From contig NC_069001.1 in assembly GCF_001194135.2 (NCBI RefSeq), positions 35,946,542 through 36,010,541 on the forward strand: a stretch of DNA of 64,000 nt. Reading direction: 5' to 3'. The number at the start of each line of letters is the position of its first letter. Position 1 is the stretch's first letter. The position numbers and the translations under genes were made by a program. Positions 52,501-64,000 of this stretch are shown here, in pieces. The DNA is from Octopus bimaculoides (Eukaryota). The notes under the pieces are model-generated. The model was not told the DNA's origin, did no database searches, and saw only the letters and a program-made list of their open reading frames with translations.

Positions 52501-53224
52501 TCTCCTTCTCTCCCCCCCTCTCTCTCCCTCTCCCTCATTCCCTCTCTTTCCTTCTCTCTCTTTCTCTCCACTGCGTCGACCAAAGCAGAGACAATAACGC
52601 GTGTTACAAGTATATCATCTTCCAGGAGAACCATACAATGGCAAGTAGTTGTTGACTCTTTGATTAACGAACGATAATAATAATAATAATAATAATAATA
52701 CTAGCATTAATAATAATAACAACGTTCCAATTTTAATATATATTACCGAAGCAATAATAATAATAATAACAACAGCAACTACAGCAATAACAATTGTAAT
52801 AAGAGTAACAATAGTGACAAGATTGTAACCACGGCAATAATTGTAACACCAACAACAACAATAAGTTACAACAGCGACAAAAACGACTGCACCACCACCA
52901 CCATTATCACCATCATCATCATCATCATCATCGTCATCAGCAACAACTCGTACAAGAACAACATCGTCCACCACCAATGATAATCTGCTCAGACCAAAAA
53001 CATCGTCAATAGAAGAAAGCCAACGAACTTCTCCAAGACAATCCAAACATTTATTTTGGCATTTTTTTTTTGGGGGGGGGGACTGTTTTCTTGTTGTTGT
53101 TGTTGTCTCGTATTTCCTAAGTTTCTCTTCAAACGAGAAAAAATACAAACACAACCCCCCCCCCCAGTTTCTGGTTTTGGTTTTGGATTTGGTAGACGAA
53201 ACAACCACAACAGATTAGAGCAAT

Positions 53225-53393
53225 ATGGCGTTGATGCTGCTGCTGCTGGTAGAGATAGTGGTGGTGGTGGTGGTGGTGAGGGTAGCGATGCTGGTGGTAG
53301 AGATAATGGTGGTGATGGTGATGATAGTAGTAGTAGTAGTAGTAGTAGTGGTAGTGGTGGTGCTGGTGATAGAGATAGTAGTGATGGTGATGA

Positions 53394-53435
<42 letters not shown>

Positions 53436-53625
53436 TAGTAGTGGTCGTCGTAGTGATAGTAGTAGTAGTGGTGGTGGTGATGATAGTAGTAGTAGTAGTA
53501 GTGGTGGTAGTAGAGATAGTAGTGGTGGTGGTAGTAGAGATAGTAGTGGTGGTGGTAGTAGTAGTAGTGGTGGTGGTGGTGGTTAAGGCGGCGGTGGTAA
53601 AGGTGTTGTTCATGATGGTAGTAGT
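53225..53625. repeat. Compound (GGT/AGT/GAT)n low-complexity array
   Basis: Read directly; it produces poly-S/G, poly-V and poly-T pseudo-ORFs. Confidence 0.85.
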
Positions 53626-54080
53626 NNNNNNNNNNNNNNNNNNNNNNNNNNNNNNNNNNNNNNNNNNNNNNNNNNNNNNNNNNNNNNNNNNNNNNNNNNN
53701 NNNNNNNNNNNNNNNNNNNNNNNNNNNNNNNNNNNNNNNNNNNNNNNNNNNNNNNNNNNNNNNNNNNNNNNNNNNNNNNNNNNNNNNNNNNNNNNNNNNN
53801 NNNNNNNNNNNNNNNNNNNNNNNNNNNNNNNNNNNNNNNNNNNNNNNNNNNNNNNNNNNNNNNNNNNNNNNNNNNNNNNNNNNNNNNNNNNNNNNNNNNN
53901 NNNNNNNNNNNNNNNNNNNNNNNNNNNNNNNNNNGACAGAATGGAAGCAGCAAGAATTATTACGATTGAAACAACAACAACAAGTAGAAGAAGAGGTGGG
54001 GGAGGAGGAGGAGGTGGTGGTGGTGGAAGTGCCATCTTTTGTCTCCCGTCACTCAACTAGTTCCATGGAAATCTAAGAGA

Positions 54081-54118
<38 letters not shown>

Positions 54119-54959
54119 AACAGGCTATTGTCTTCCATCTCAAAACCTTGCATAGACAGATGGAGTAATAAGCTCTCTCTCTCTCTCTCTTTCTTTCTTT
54201 TGCTCTCTCTCTCTCTCTCTCTCTCTGTCTATCTCTCTCTCTCTCATTGTTCTCCTGCAACAGTCACATGACTCTCAGAACAAAGAGAAACGCCAGAGAG
54301 TTTTACCTTAAAAACAAAAATCAAAACAAGAATAGGAAAAAAAAAAATACAAATAAAAATAAAGAAGTCAAAATATAGCTTATGAAGAATAATTCTGGAT
54401 GACGATGATGGTGATGGTGGTGGTGGCGGTGGTTGGAGTAATGATTATAATTATGGTATGGATGATGATGATGATGATGATTATCATGGAGATGACAATG
54501 AAGCTGATTATGGTGGTGGTGGTGGTGGTGGTGGTGGTGATGGTGGTGTTGATGACAGTTATTATGATGGTGATTGTGTTGGTGATGTTTATGGTGGTTA
54601 TGATGCTTGCGGTGATGATGATGATGATGATGATTGCAGTAGAGGTGGTGGTGGTGGTGGTGGTGATGACAGAATATCACTTGTTACTTGTGTCTTATGA
54701 GAAAATTTTTGTTTGTTTCAATTTGTTTCCTTCATTTCAAGGTATTTTGTACTTCGTTTCTTTTAATTTTTTTTTGTTTTTGTAATTTTTGTTATTGACA
54801 GTAATTATTTGTTTTTCTTTTCTTCATTTCCAACTTTTCTAAGAATTTTTCTCAGAAACTCAAAAGGAATCACTCACATTACAGTGTAATGTCTGACATA
54901 AGACAAAAAGGAAAGGAAACAACAACAAAAAAGAAACAAACAAACAAAGTATAGACGCA

Positions 54960-55115
54960 GGAGTGGCCGTGTGGTAAGAAGCTTGCTTCCCAACCACATG
55001 GTTCCTGGTTCAGTACCACTGTGTGACACCTTGAGCAAGTGTCTTCTACTTTAGACTCAGTCCGACCAAAGCCTTGTGAGTGGATTTGGTAGATGGAAAC
55101 TGAAAGAATCCTGTC
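54960..55115 (+). mobile_element. Family-2 SINE head running into (GT)n
   Basis: ggagtggccgtgtggtaagaagcttgcttcccaaccacatggttcctggttcagtacc..aactgaaagaatcctgtcg. Confidence 0.8.
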
Positions 55116-55811
55116 GTGTGTGTGTGTGTGCGTGCGTAACAACAAGCAGGTGTATTAGTTTGACGCTCGTTAAAAGTGAGAAAGTCTTTTATGTTCCGAG
55201 CCTATGTTCTTGGCAATGATCAGACTCGGATGGTGCTTTCAACGTACCACTGGCACAAGTGCTAATCGGATGGTACTGTCATCGGCCACGTCAGCGATTT
55301 TGATTTCACTTGCCTCAACAGGTCTATATATTATATAATATCATAAAAATTTGGAGTATGACATAAAGCCAATGATTATATATTTATATATATAGATTAT
55401 CTATGTATACGTACACATGCATATGAATGTATACATGTGCATTTTTACATATGGAAATATATGCATTTATACATGCACATTCACATACATAAACACATAT
55501 AAACACATATACACACATATATGTATATGACTTCATCAAAATTTAGCTTCCATATTTTTTTGCTTTTCTTTTTAAAAATGATAGATTATGAATTGAGATA
55601 TTTGGCTGCTATTTCCAGCCAGTCAAACAGCCACATCCAGGGCCTCCATCTCGGGCTCAACGACTGTTCAATATCTCAGTAAGGCTGCCTTTGTGTCTGT
55701 TTGATCCAATAACGATGGGAACAAGAAAGAAACAAACGATGTTAAATTAATTGGAATTCAGCCTCGTTAACAAATACAATTTCATTCTGATTTATTTCTC
55801 CTCTGATAGCC

Positions 55812-55859
<48 letters not shown>

Positions 55860-56272
55860 CATTATTATTATTATTATTATTGTTGTTGTTGTTGTTGTTG
55901 TTATTGAGAGTTCTTAACTGAATTATCTGTCTGACATTCTGTAGGCTCTTCCAGAAATGCCGCCGATAATCTGTGATATATTTGAACAAGATCCGCGTAC
56001 ATGATAGCTTCACAAAACTTTTGAAGTGGATCTTTTCTGTCGAATGCATAGATAGATACTTGTGAAGTATAGTTGCCTTCAGGGATATATGGATGCATGT
56101 GCGTGTGTGTGTGGTTTTGTTTGTGTGTATGTGTGTGTGTGTGTACATGCATCTCTGTGTCTATATATGTATGTATATATATATATATGTATATATATAT
56201 ACATACATGTCAATGTAAATATATGTATATACATACATACATATACATACATATATATATGTATGTATATAT

Positions 56273-56552
56273 ATCATCATCATCATCCTCATCATCATTT
56301 AACGTCCGCTTTCCATGCTGGCATGGGTTGGACGGTTTGACTGAGGACTGGTAAACCAGAGGCTGCACCAGGCTCCAATCTGATCTGGCAAAGTTTCAAA
56401 ATATCCTGCCCCCAATTAGCTCCCTTTCTGGAGAGGTGCATGGCTTAGAGGTTAGGGTGTTGGACTCACAATCATCAGATTGCAGTTTCAATTCCTGGAC
56501 CAGGTGATGCATTGCGTTTTTGAGCACCTCATTTCACATCGCGCCAGTCCAC
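56273..56552. mobile_element. Family-4 fragment (-, 56273-56395) and tRNA SINE head (+, 56430-56552)
   Basis: catttaacgtccgctttccatgctggc..ctgatctggcaaagttt, and gcatggcttagaggttagggtgttggactcac..gtttcaattcctggacc. Confidence 0.75.
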
Positions 56553-56992
56553 TNNNNNNNNNNNNNNNNNNNNNNNNNNNNNNNNNNNNNNNNNNNNNNN
56601 NNNNNNNNNNNNNNNNNNNNNNNNNNNNNNNNNNNNNNNNNNNNNNNNNNNNNNNNNNNNNNNNNNNNNNNNNNNNNNNNNNNNNNNNNNNNNNNNNNNN
56701 NNNNNNNNNNNNNNNNNNNNNNNNNNNNNNNNNNNNNNNNNNNNNNNNNNNNNNNNGTAGTTATATATATATATATATATATGTAGTTATATATATATAT
56801 ATATATCTTCTTATATTGTCGTATATAACATGAGTTTAATGGCACCAATTTACGTACTTAGTACAAAACTACAGACATTCCATTACTATCTAAGTGTTCT
56901 CAGACTAATTTTTCTGTCAAATTAATAGCATTTTATTAATTTCTTTCATGACTTCCAACATAAAAAAAACTTAGTAGTTTTTTAGCTTTTAG

Positions 56993-57069
<77 letters not shown>

Positions 57070-57095
57070 CTCTTATTATTATTCTTATTATCATT

Positions 57096-57311
57096 ATGGC
57101 AGTAAATTGGTAGAATCTTTAGCATGCCAGACGAAAAGCTTAGCAACATTTTGTCTGTCATTACATTCTGAGTTCAAATTCCACCGAGGTCAACTTTGCC
57201 TTTCATCCTTTTGGGGGTTGGTAAAATAAGTACCAGTTATGTACTAGGGGCCGATGTAATTGATTATCCACCTTCCCCAAAATTTCAGGCCTTGTACCTA
57301 TAGTAGAAAGG

Positions 57312-57358
<47 letters not shown>

Positions 57359-57940
57359 GGCAGTGAGCTGGCAGAATCATTAGCATGCTGGCCAAAATGC
57401 GTAGCGGCATTTTGTCTGTCTTTACTTTCTGAGTTCAAATTCCAACGGGGTCGACTTTGCCTTTCATCTTTTGGGGTCAGTTAAATATGTTATGTACCAG
57501 TTACACACTTGGGTTGATGTCATCGACTCATCCCCTCCCCCAAAATTACTGCCCTTGTGTTAAAATTTGAAACCATAATTATTATTATTATTATTGGAGG
57601 AGGAGACCCCCTTTGGTTATGACTGACCATGGGATTGCACCTGGAAAGTTACCCTCCGAGGCACAAGTCCAGGCAAGGTTGTTTATGGAAGACCAGCAGT
57701 CGCCCATGCATACCAGCCTCCCCTCTCCACACCACCGACGTTATCCAAGGGAAAGGCAAAGGGGCCGATACAACTTGGTACCAGTGATGTCGCAACTCAT
57801 TTCTACAGCTGAGTTAACTGGAGCAACGTGAAATAAAGTGTCTTGCTCAAGAACACAACACGCAGCCCAGTCCGGGAATCAAACTCACAACCTCACGATC
57901 ATAAGCTCAACACTCTAACCACTGAGCCATGTGCCTTCAC
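57096..57940. mobile_element. Two tandem family-1 SINEs (+, 57096-57313, 57357-57575) and a family-5 SINE (-, 57597-57940), separated by (ATT)n
   Basis: Family-1 cores. The family-5 copy has a tRNA head ending aaccactgagccatgtgccttcac. Confidence 0.85.
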
Positions 57941-58509
57941 TATTATTATCATTATTATTATTATTGTTATTATTACTGCGGTTTTTATGTGAACACCTCT
58001 TTAAACCTGAAGCTAGTATGGTTTTTAAATAACTGGAGACATTTTCGAAAGACATTAGATATTTTAAGCACCAATTTGAAACCAAAAAGATTACACAAGT
58101 TCAGTGAAACTTCTTCACCTCAAATTACAGCTTTTAATCTCTCTAATATAGTTTTACATTTATTAAATCTTTGCAGCTCAAGTCATTATTTCACATTCTT
58201 TAAAAGGAGAAAGAAAAGGAGGGGGGGAATACTTCATCGTTATATTATTGTGCTAACATAAAATGTTAAAAAAAAAAAATTTCAAACCCCACCAGCGGAA
58301 GGTGCATTGGAAAAATGCATTATTTGTGTCTTTTATCGGAAGGCGTTGTCGAGGCAAATGTAAACGGAATCAAAACACAGACATCTTTTCATTTTAATTC
58401 AATATCTTTACATCAAGGTTTTAACAAAGAATGGCAGAAAATAATAATGACAATAATAATAATAATGATAATGGTGGTTTCAACTTTTGACAGACATATC
58501 CCATCCTGT

Positions 58510-58830
58510 TAAATACAAGATAGCCTGACTGTGGAAAACGAAGAAGTTGAAGACAGTGCCCATTATTGTTGGGTCCCTGGGTGGGGAACAACATCGGAAG
58601 GCATCTAGAGGAATATAATGGAAATGGGAATAGGGTGCCCAGTAGAGTTGTTACAAAAGGTTCGCCTCTGTGGTATGGCCATCATCATCATCTGGAAAGT
58701 ATGAGATAGTTGAAAAGAACAGATAGCATGGTACCAGAGGTTGCAGGTAGCAAAGCAAACCTCGTAGACATGGAAGATTCCAGGAGTTCCAATAGAACCT
58801 GAGTTAAAAAGAATAATTATTAATAAATGG
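58510..58830 (+). mobile_element. Second, divergent R4/Dong-like retrotransposon 3' remnant
   Basis: Frameshifted peptides KYKIA*LWKTKKLKTVPIIVGSLG / GIGCPVELLQKVRLCGMAIII..KV*DS* match the C-terminal KY..LW..VPIIVGxLG..LLQK..LGTA..RKV pattern. Flanked by (ATA)n-like tracts at 58441-58472 and about 58812-58826. Confidence 0.7.
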
Positions 58831-58887
58831 AATAAGGATCAATGTGATAATATCTTTGAGATTCTGGTGTAATATATATATATATAT

Positions 58888-58942
<55 letters not shown>

Positions 58943-59599
58943 NNNNNNNNNNNNNNNNNNNNNNNNNNNNNNNNNNNNNNNNNNNNNNNNNNNNNNNNNN
59001 NNNNNNNNNNNNNNNNNNNNNNNNNNNNNNNNNNNNNNNNNNNNNNNNNNNNNNNNNNNNNNNNNNNNNNNNNNNNNNNNNNNNNNNNNNNNNNNNNNNN
59101 NNNNNNNNNNNNNNNNNNNNNNNNNNNNNNNNNNNNNNNNNNNNNNNNNNNNNNNNNNNNNNNNNNNNNNNNNNNNNNNNNNNNNNNNNNNNNNNNNNNN
59201 NNNNNNNNNNNNNNNNNNNNNNNNNNNNNNNNNNNNNNNNNNNNNNNNNNNNNNNNNNNNNNNNNNNNNNNNNNNNNNNNNNNNNNNNNNNNNNNNNNNN
59301 NNNNNNNNNNNNNNNNNNNNNNNNNNNNTATATATATATATATATATATATTTATATTCTCAGGTGAGCACATAAGTTCAAAACAAGGTGGAAAAATCGT
59401 ACTCAAATACCAAAGGTAGAATAATATAGACTTTATTAAAACTGGAGTATGGTGTAGTCCTGTGGATCACTGGATACTGTTCCTATGTCAGCATGGAAAA
59501 CAGATGTTAAATGAAGATGCTGATGGTATATATATATATAGAGAGAGAGAGAGATAGATATACAGACACACACACATACACACACACATACATACAATG

Positions 59600-59755
59600 G
59601 GCTTTTTTCAGTTTCCGCCTACCAAATTCACTCACAGGACTTTGGTTGGCCCAAGGCTACAGTAGAAGACACTTCTATAAGGTGCCACGCAGTGAAACTG
59701 AACCTGGAACCATGTGGTTGGTAAGCAAGCTACTTACCAAACAGCCACTCCTGTA
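59600..59755 (-). mobile_element. Family-2 SINE head
   Basis: tttcagtttccgcctaccaaattcactcac..agaagacactt..ggaaccatgtggttggtaagcaagctacttacc..cagccactcc. Confidence 0.8.
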
Positions 59756-60408
59756 CCTATATATATATATATATNNNNNNNNNNNNNNNNNNNNNNNNNN
59801 NNNNNNNNNNNNNNNNNNNNNNNNNNNNNNNNNNNNNNNNNNNNNNNNNNNNNNNNNNNNNNNNNNNNNNNNNNNNNNNNNNNNNNNNNNNNNNNNNNNN
59901 NNNNNNNNNNNNNNNNNNNNNNNNNNNNNNNNNNNNNNNNNNNNNNNNNNNNNNNNNNNNNNNNNNNNNNNNNNNNNNNNNNNNNNNNNNNNNNNNNNNN
60001 NNNNNNNNNNNNNNNNNNNNNNNNNNNNNNNNNNNNNNNNNNNNNNNNNNNNNNNNNNNNNNNNNNNNNNNNNNNNNNNNNNNNNNNNNNNNNNNNNNNN
60101 NNNNNNNNNNNNNNNNNNNNNNNNNNNNNNNNNNNNNNNNNNNNNNNNNNNNNNNNNNNNNNNNNNNNNNNNNNNNNNNNNNNNNNNNNNNNNNNNNNNN
60201 NNNNNNNNNNNNNNNNNNNNNNNNNNNNNNNNNNNNNNNNNNNNNNNNNNNNNNNNNNNNNNNNNNNNNNNNNNNNNNNNNNNNNNNNNNNNNNNNNNNN
60301 NNNNNNNNNNNNNNNNNNNNNNNNNNNNNNNNNNNNNNNNNNNNNNNNNNNNNNNNNNNNNNNNNNNNNNNNTATGTATCCACTTATATAAACACACACA
60401 CATATATA

Positions 60409-60471
<63 letters not shown>

Positions 60472-60747
60472 TGGATGGATGGATGTACAGATGTATATAT
60501 GTATGCATTAACATTTCTATATTTGTTTGTGTAGCTGTGTGTATATGTTCATTGTTATATATATATATATAAATTATCTTTCTCTATATATGTGTATGTG
60601 GGTGTGTTTGTGTGTGTATATATATAATATGTATATATAGTTTAATATACACTTTTCCTCAGTTGCTCCAGTCTTTCAGTTCTGTTACCTATACAAGGTC
60701 TACTTAATCAACCATTGCTATGTATATGGTGGTAGGGGTGGAGGAGA

Positions 60748-60785
<38 letters not shown>

Positions 60786-60927
60786 TCATGCAAGCAAAGA
60801 ACTAACAACCTGGAACTTCGGGGAGGGAGTGAGGGAGGGACGGAGGGGTGGCAGCTGCAGGAATTTTATAAACAATAGCAGAATCTCTTCACTCTTTTTT
60901 CACCCTTCCATGTCTTACTCAGTCTTA

Positions 60928-60962
<35 letters not shown>

Positions 60963-61016
60963 ACTCTCTCTCTCTCTCTCCCTCACTCTCTACATATATA
61001 TATATATATAAATTTC

Positions 61017-61160
61017 AAAAAAGGATAAAACTCTTTTACAAGAATTTTATCAAGAAGCCAGTGTGTAAAAAAATTCATTAGGGAAATATCTATTCCCAAG
61101 AATATAATTATTCCCAAGAATATAATTCCCAAGAATTGTAAAAGAGTTTTATCCGTTTTT
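61017..61160. repeat. Fold-back element: 25-bp inverted repeat enclosing three ATTCCCAAGAAT direct repeats
   Basis: ggataaaactcttttacaa (61023-61041) is the exact reverse complement of ttgtaaaagagttttatcc (61136-61154) and extends to about 25 bp with one mismatch. It abuts a 10-N gap. Confidence 0.8.
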
Positions 61161-61564
61161 NNNNNNNNNNGTGTATAGAGGAATATATTATTTTGTTTAA
61201 AAGAGTTCCAACTCTGTCTGTTTTTTATGTTTTATTTATATTCTTGTAAAATTAATGTGGGATATAGAATATGGAATATACAATATATAATATAAAAATG
61301 GATGGTACAATGAAATAAAGTATTGAATGTCTTATTGAATATATGGAATATGTCTTATTGAATAGATGAAATATTGAGTGTTCAATATAAAGGATTAAAT
61401 ATATAAAGGCGAATACGTATTTTCTATACCTTGTGGTATTTCATCATGGCCGGTATGACAGACTTTAACAGACTATATAGATAGATAGATAGATAGATGT
61501 GATTAACTGTAAAATAAAACTTGGATGTTCTGATATTTCTCTGTTCTAATACTTATTAATTTAC

Positions 61565-61634
<70 letters not shown>

Positions 61635-62525
61635 TAGTATTTAGCTGAAGCAACAGAGTGACTGTAGGGCTGAGAGTTGTGTGCACTAGCACCAAACCAA
61701 CTTCCACCAATATAAATATTTATATGTGTGTGTGTGTATATATGTATCTATATCTATATATCTATATACCTCTCTATATATATATGTGTGTGTGCGTGTA
61801 TATATACACACACATACATACATGCATGCACACACACACACACACACAGATATATATATAATATAAATATATATATAAATTTATATACAAACCCTTAATC
61901 TGTACCTCATTGTCTCTCTCTCTCTCTCACCCTCTCTCACTCATTCTCACTCATTTTCTCCCCCCCCCTTCTGTCTCTCTCTCAGTTCCCTACCTCCTCA
62001 ATTTCCCCTTCCTTTTTCCATCACTAAATATATTCAGTTTTCTCTTTCACCACCCCCACTCCATTCTTTTCTATTTTCTGTCATTTTTTTCAGCATATGC
62101 TGCACACACACACACACACACATACATGCACACACATATACACAGAAAAGCACACACATATACACACCTATCACACACAAGCACACACATAAATGCACAC
62201 ACACACACACACACATGTAAACATTTGCAGATACACATAAACACCCTCATACACCTCTAAACACACACACACACACACACATACATGTACATAAATAAGC
62301 ACACACACTCATATAAATGCACACATGCATACTCAAACATAAACACACACCTATACACACACATACCTCATTCCTTACTTCTTACTTCTGCAATCTTGTG
62401 TTTTTTCCTGTCCACGTGTTCTCCACTCTACCTTTTGTGAATTTCTTCTTTTGTATCTCATTCTTTTTCTTTTCTTTTTCATATTATTCTTTCATAATAT
62501 ATATGCTTGTGTGTGTATGTGTATG

Positions 62526-62569
<44 letters not shown>

Positions 62570-62793
62570 AGTATATATATATATAGTTCAAATTTATAGA
62601 AAAACAAAAGACGAAGAGAAGTGTAGGAAGAACAAGCAAGTGTATTAGTTTGACACACATGTTTCGAGCCTATGCTCTTTGTTAGAAAGAATTAAGAGGG
62701 AATTAGTAGTAGAGAGAGGATGAAAAAAAACGTGTGGAGTTCAGTGGCACAACATGTATATGTATGTATATATCTGTTATATGTGTGTGTATG

Positions 62794-62837
<44 letters not shown>

Positions 62838-63147
62838 TAGTGGAACTTCGATTTACAAATGTGATTCATTCCTGAAGGCCATTCATCATCCAAAATGTTC
62901 ATAAACCAAAACAATTTTTCACATAGAGAAGGCACGACAAATTCAAGCTGGGACGTGCACTGAGGGAAAGGTAGACAGCCACTGACTCTCTCCTGTTGAT
63001 AGGCTCAGCTTCTTGCCAACCATTCTCGCTGCCTTGCATGTTTGTTACTCAAACCACTGTTTGCCACCCGAAACATTTTATGTTTGAAAAATTGTTTCGT
63101 AAACAAATTTGTTTGTGATAAGAGACATTCATAAACTGAAGTTCTAC
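62838..63147. mobile_element. Tigger/pogo-like MITE (about 310 bp)
   Basis: Imperfect terminal inverted repeats: left GTGGAACTTCGATTTACAAATG versus reverse complement of the right end GTAGAACTTCAGTTTATGAATG (17/22). The style resembles CAGTxGAACCTCG Tigger ends. No ORF. Confidence 0.65.
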
Positions 63148-63237
63148 ATCATCATCATCATCGTTTAACGTCCGCTTTCCATGCTAGCATGGGTTGGACG
63201 ATTTGACTGAGGACTGGTGAAACCGGATGGCAACACC
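63147..63237 (-). mobile_element. Family-4 3' stub with (CAT)n
   Basis: catcatcatcgtttaacgtccgctttccatgctagcatgggttggacgatttgactgaggactgg. Confidence 0.8.
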
Positions 63238-64000
63238 AGTATGTCCTTATTTTTTTTTTTTTTTTTAAGATGATAGGGTGTGATGTGAGGGAAAAATTTA
63301 AGTGATTTTAAAAAGTTGGAAACCATAATAATTTTATGAAACATGGTAATTTATCTACTAGCCTGCATTTCTTTCTAATCTTCAAAGCCTTCCTCTACCA
63401 CCAGGAGGGTGGGGAACATGGTTCCCCCCTCTAGGAAAAAAAGAGAAAAACACTATCCCTAGACTACATACCGCAAATCACCATGTTGAACTTATTTAAC
63501 ATTTGCACTGATGCAATAAACAATAATCTCCAGTTAACAAGCTCAGCTTTATAACTCCATCACACTTTTATAAAAAATATAATATTTCAAAAAATATAAC
63601 TTAGTCATTTACTTTATCGATCCAATTCCTTTGATGTTTATGTATACAAAACAAAACAAAACAAAACATTATCAAATAACTCCGCTATATTGTTTGCCTT
63701 TATTGTTTATTGTTTATTTTTAAAAACACAATAGCTTTATAGTTTATTTGTTATTTTACATGTCTATAATGCATTCACTTTATCGCAACAATGTAATGTG
63801 TTTCTCTTATCTCTACCACACTAATACATTTTATAATAATTATATTTGTACTGTCTGTAATATATTTGTATTACACTAATTCCTTTTATTATAATTATAT
63901 TGTGTTGTCTTCGATGTTTTTGTAGTGGCTTTTACCTTACAAATTCTCATAATACATTTGTACAATCTTTCTGCAATACAAAAGGCGATAACATATTTGT

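Noticed and set aside
53056-53586. Gly/Ser/Asp-rich 176-aa ORF
   Set aside because: It derives from the GGT/AGT/GAT array, its N-terminus is also low-complexity, and no family is recognisable.
55901-56152. Minus-strand ORFs with HKYLSMHSTEK (zinc-finger-linker-like) or HPYIPEGNY... peptides
   Set aside because: There is no Cys/His spacing of a C2H2 finger, the starts lie in microsatellite, and there are no splice signals I can support.
56-62586. The several hundred ORFs of [16 protein letters not shown]/poly-X type in the supplied track
   Set aside because: They are translations of di- and trinucleotide microsatellites or N-runs, open on both strands and in several frames, with no domain content.

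Overview
This is eukaryotic genomic DNA, most consistent with an octopus draft scaffold. That is an inference from the AT richness, the extreme density of (TA)/(CA)/(GA)/(ATT)/(CAT) microsatellites, the tRNA-derived SINE families and about 18 N-gaps totalling roughly 5.5 kb. Only one protein-coding exon can be supported: a 118-nt + strand exon (40198-40315; ag|ATC...GTC A|gtaagt) encoding IYTDWANHYLEKAHNKRFISDLQQDVGDGVLLADVIEAV, the first half of the calponin-homology domain of a neuron navigator (NAV/unc-53/sickie) gene. The rest is probably very large intron or flanking DNA. It holds dozens of SINE and LINE-tail copies, two R4/Dong-like non-LTR retrotransposon 3' remnants, a mariner remnant, a maT/DD37D-like remnant, MITEs, and micro- and minisatellites. 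Essentially all other ORFs in the supplied track are artefacts of simple repeats or N-runs. No CRISPR, rRNA or intact tRNA gene was found, and I cannot demonstrate a new biological system. The best leads are SINEs built from interchangeable heads and tails joined by a microsatellite hinge, head-to-tail SINE stacks at (ATT)n tracts, inverted SINE pairs that could form dsRNA in the navigator pre-mRNA, and a near-palindromic 14-bp minisatellite just downstream of the exon. Repeat boundaries were set by eye (about +/-10-20 bp). Family labels 1-5 are my own working names.
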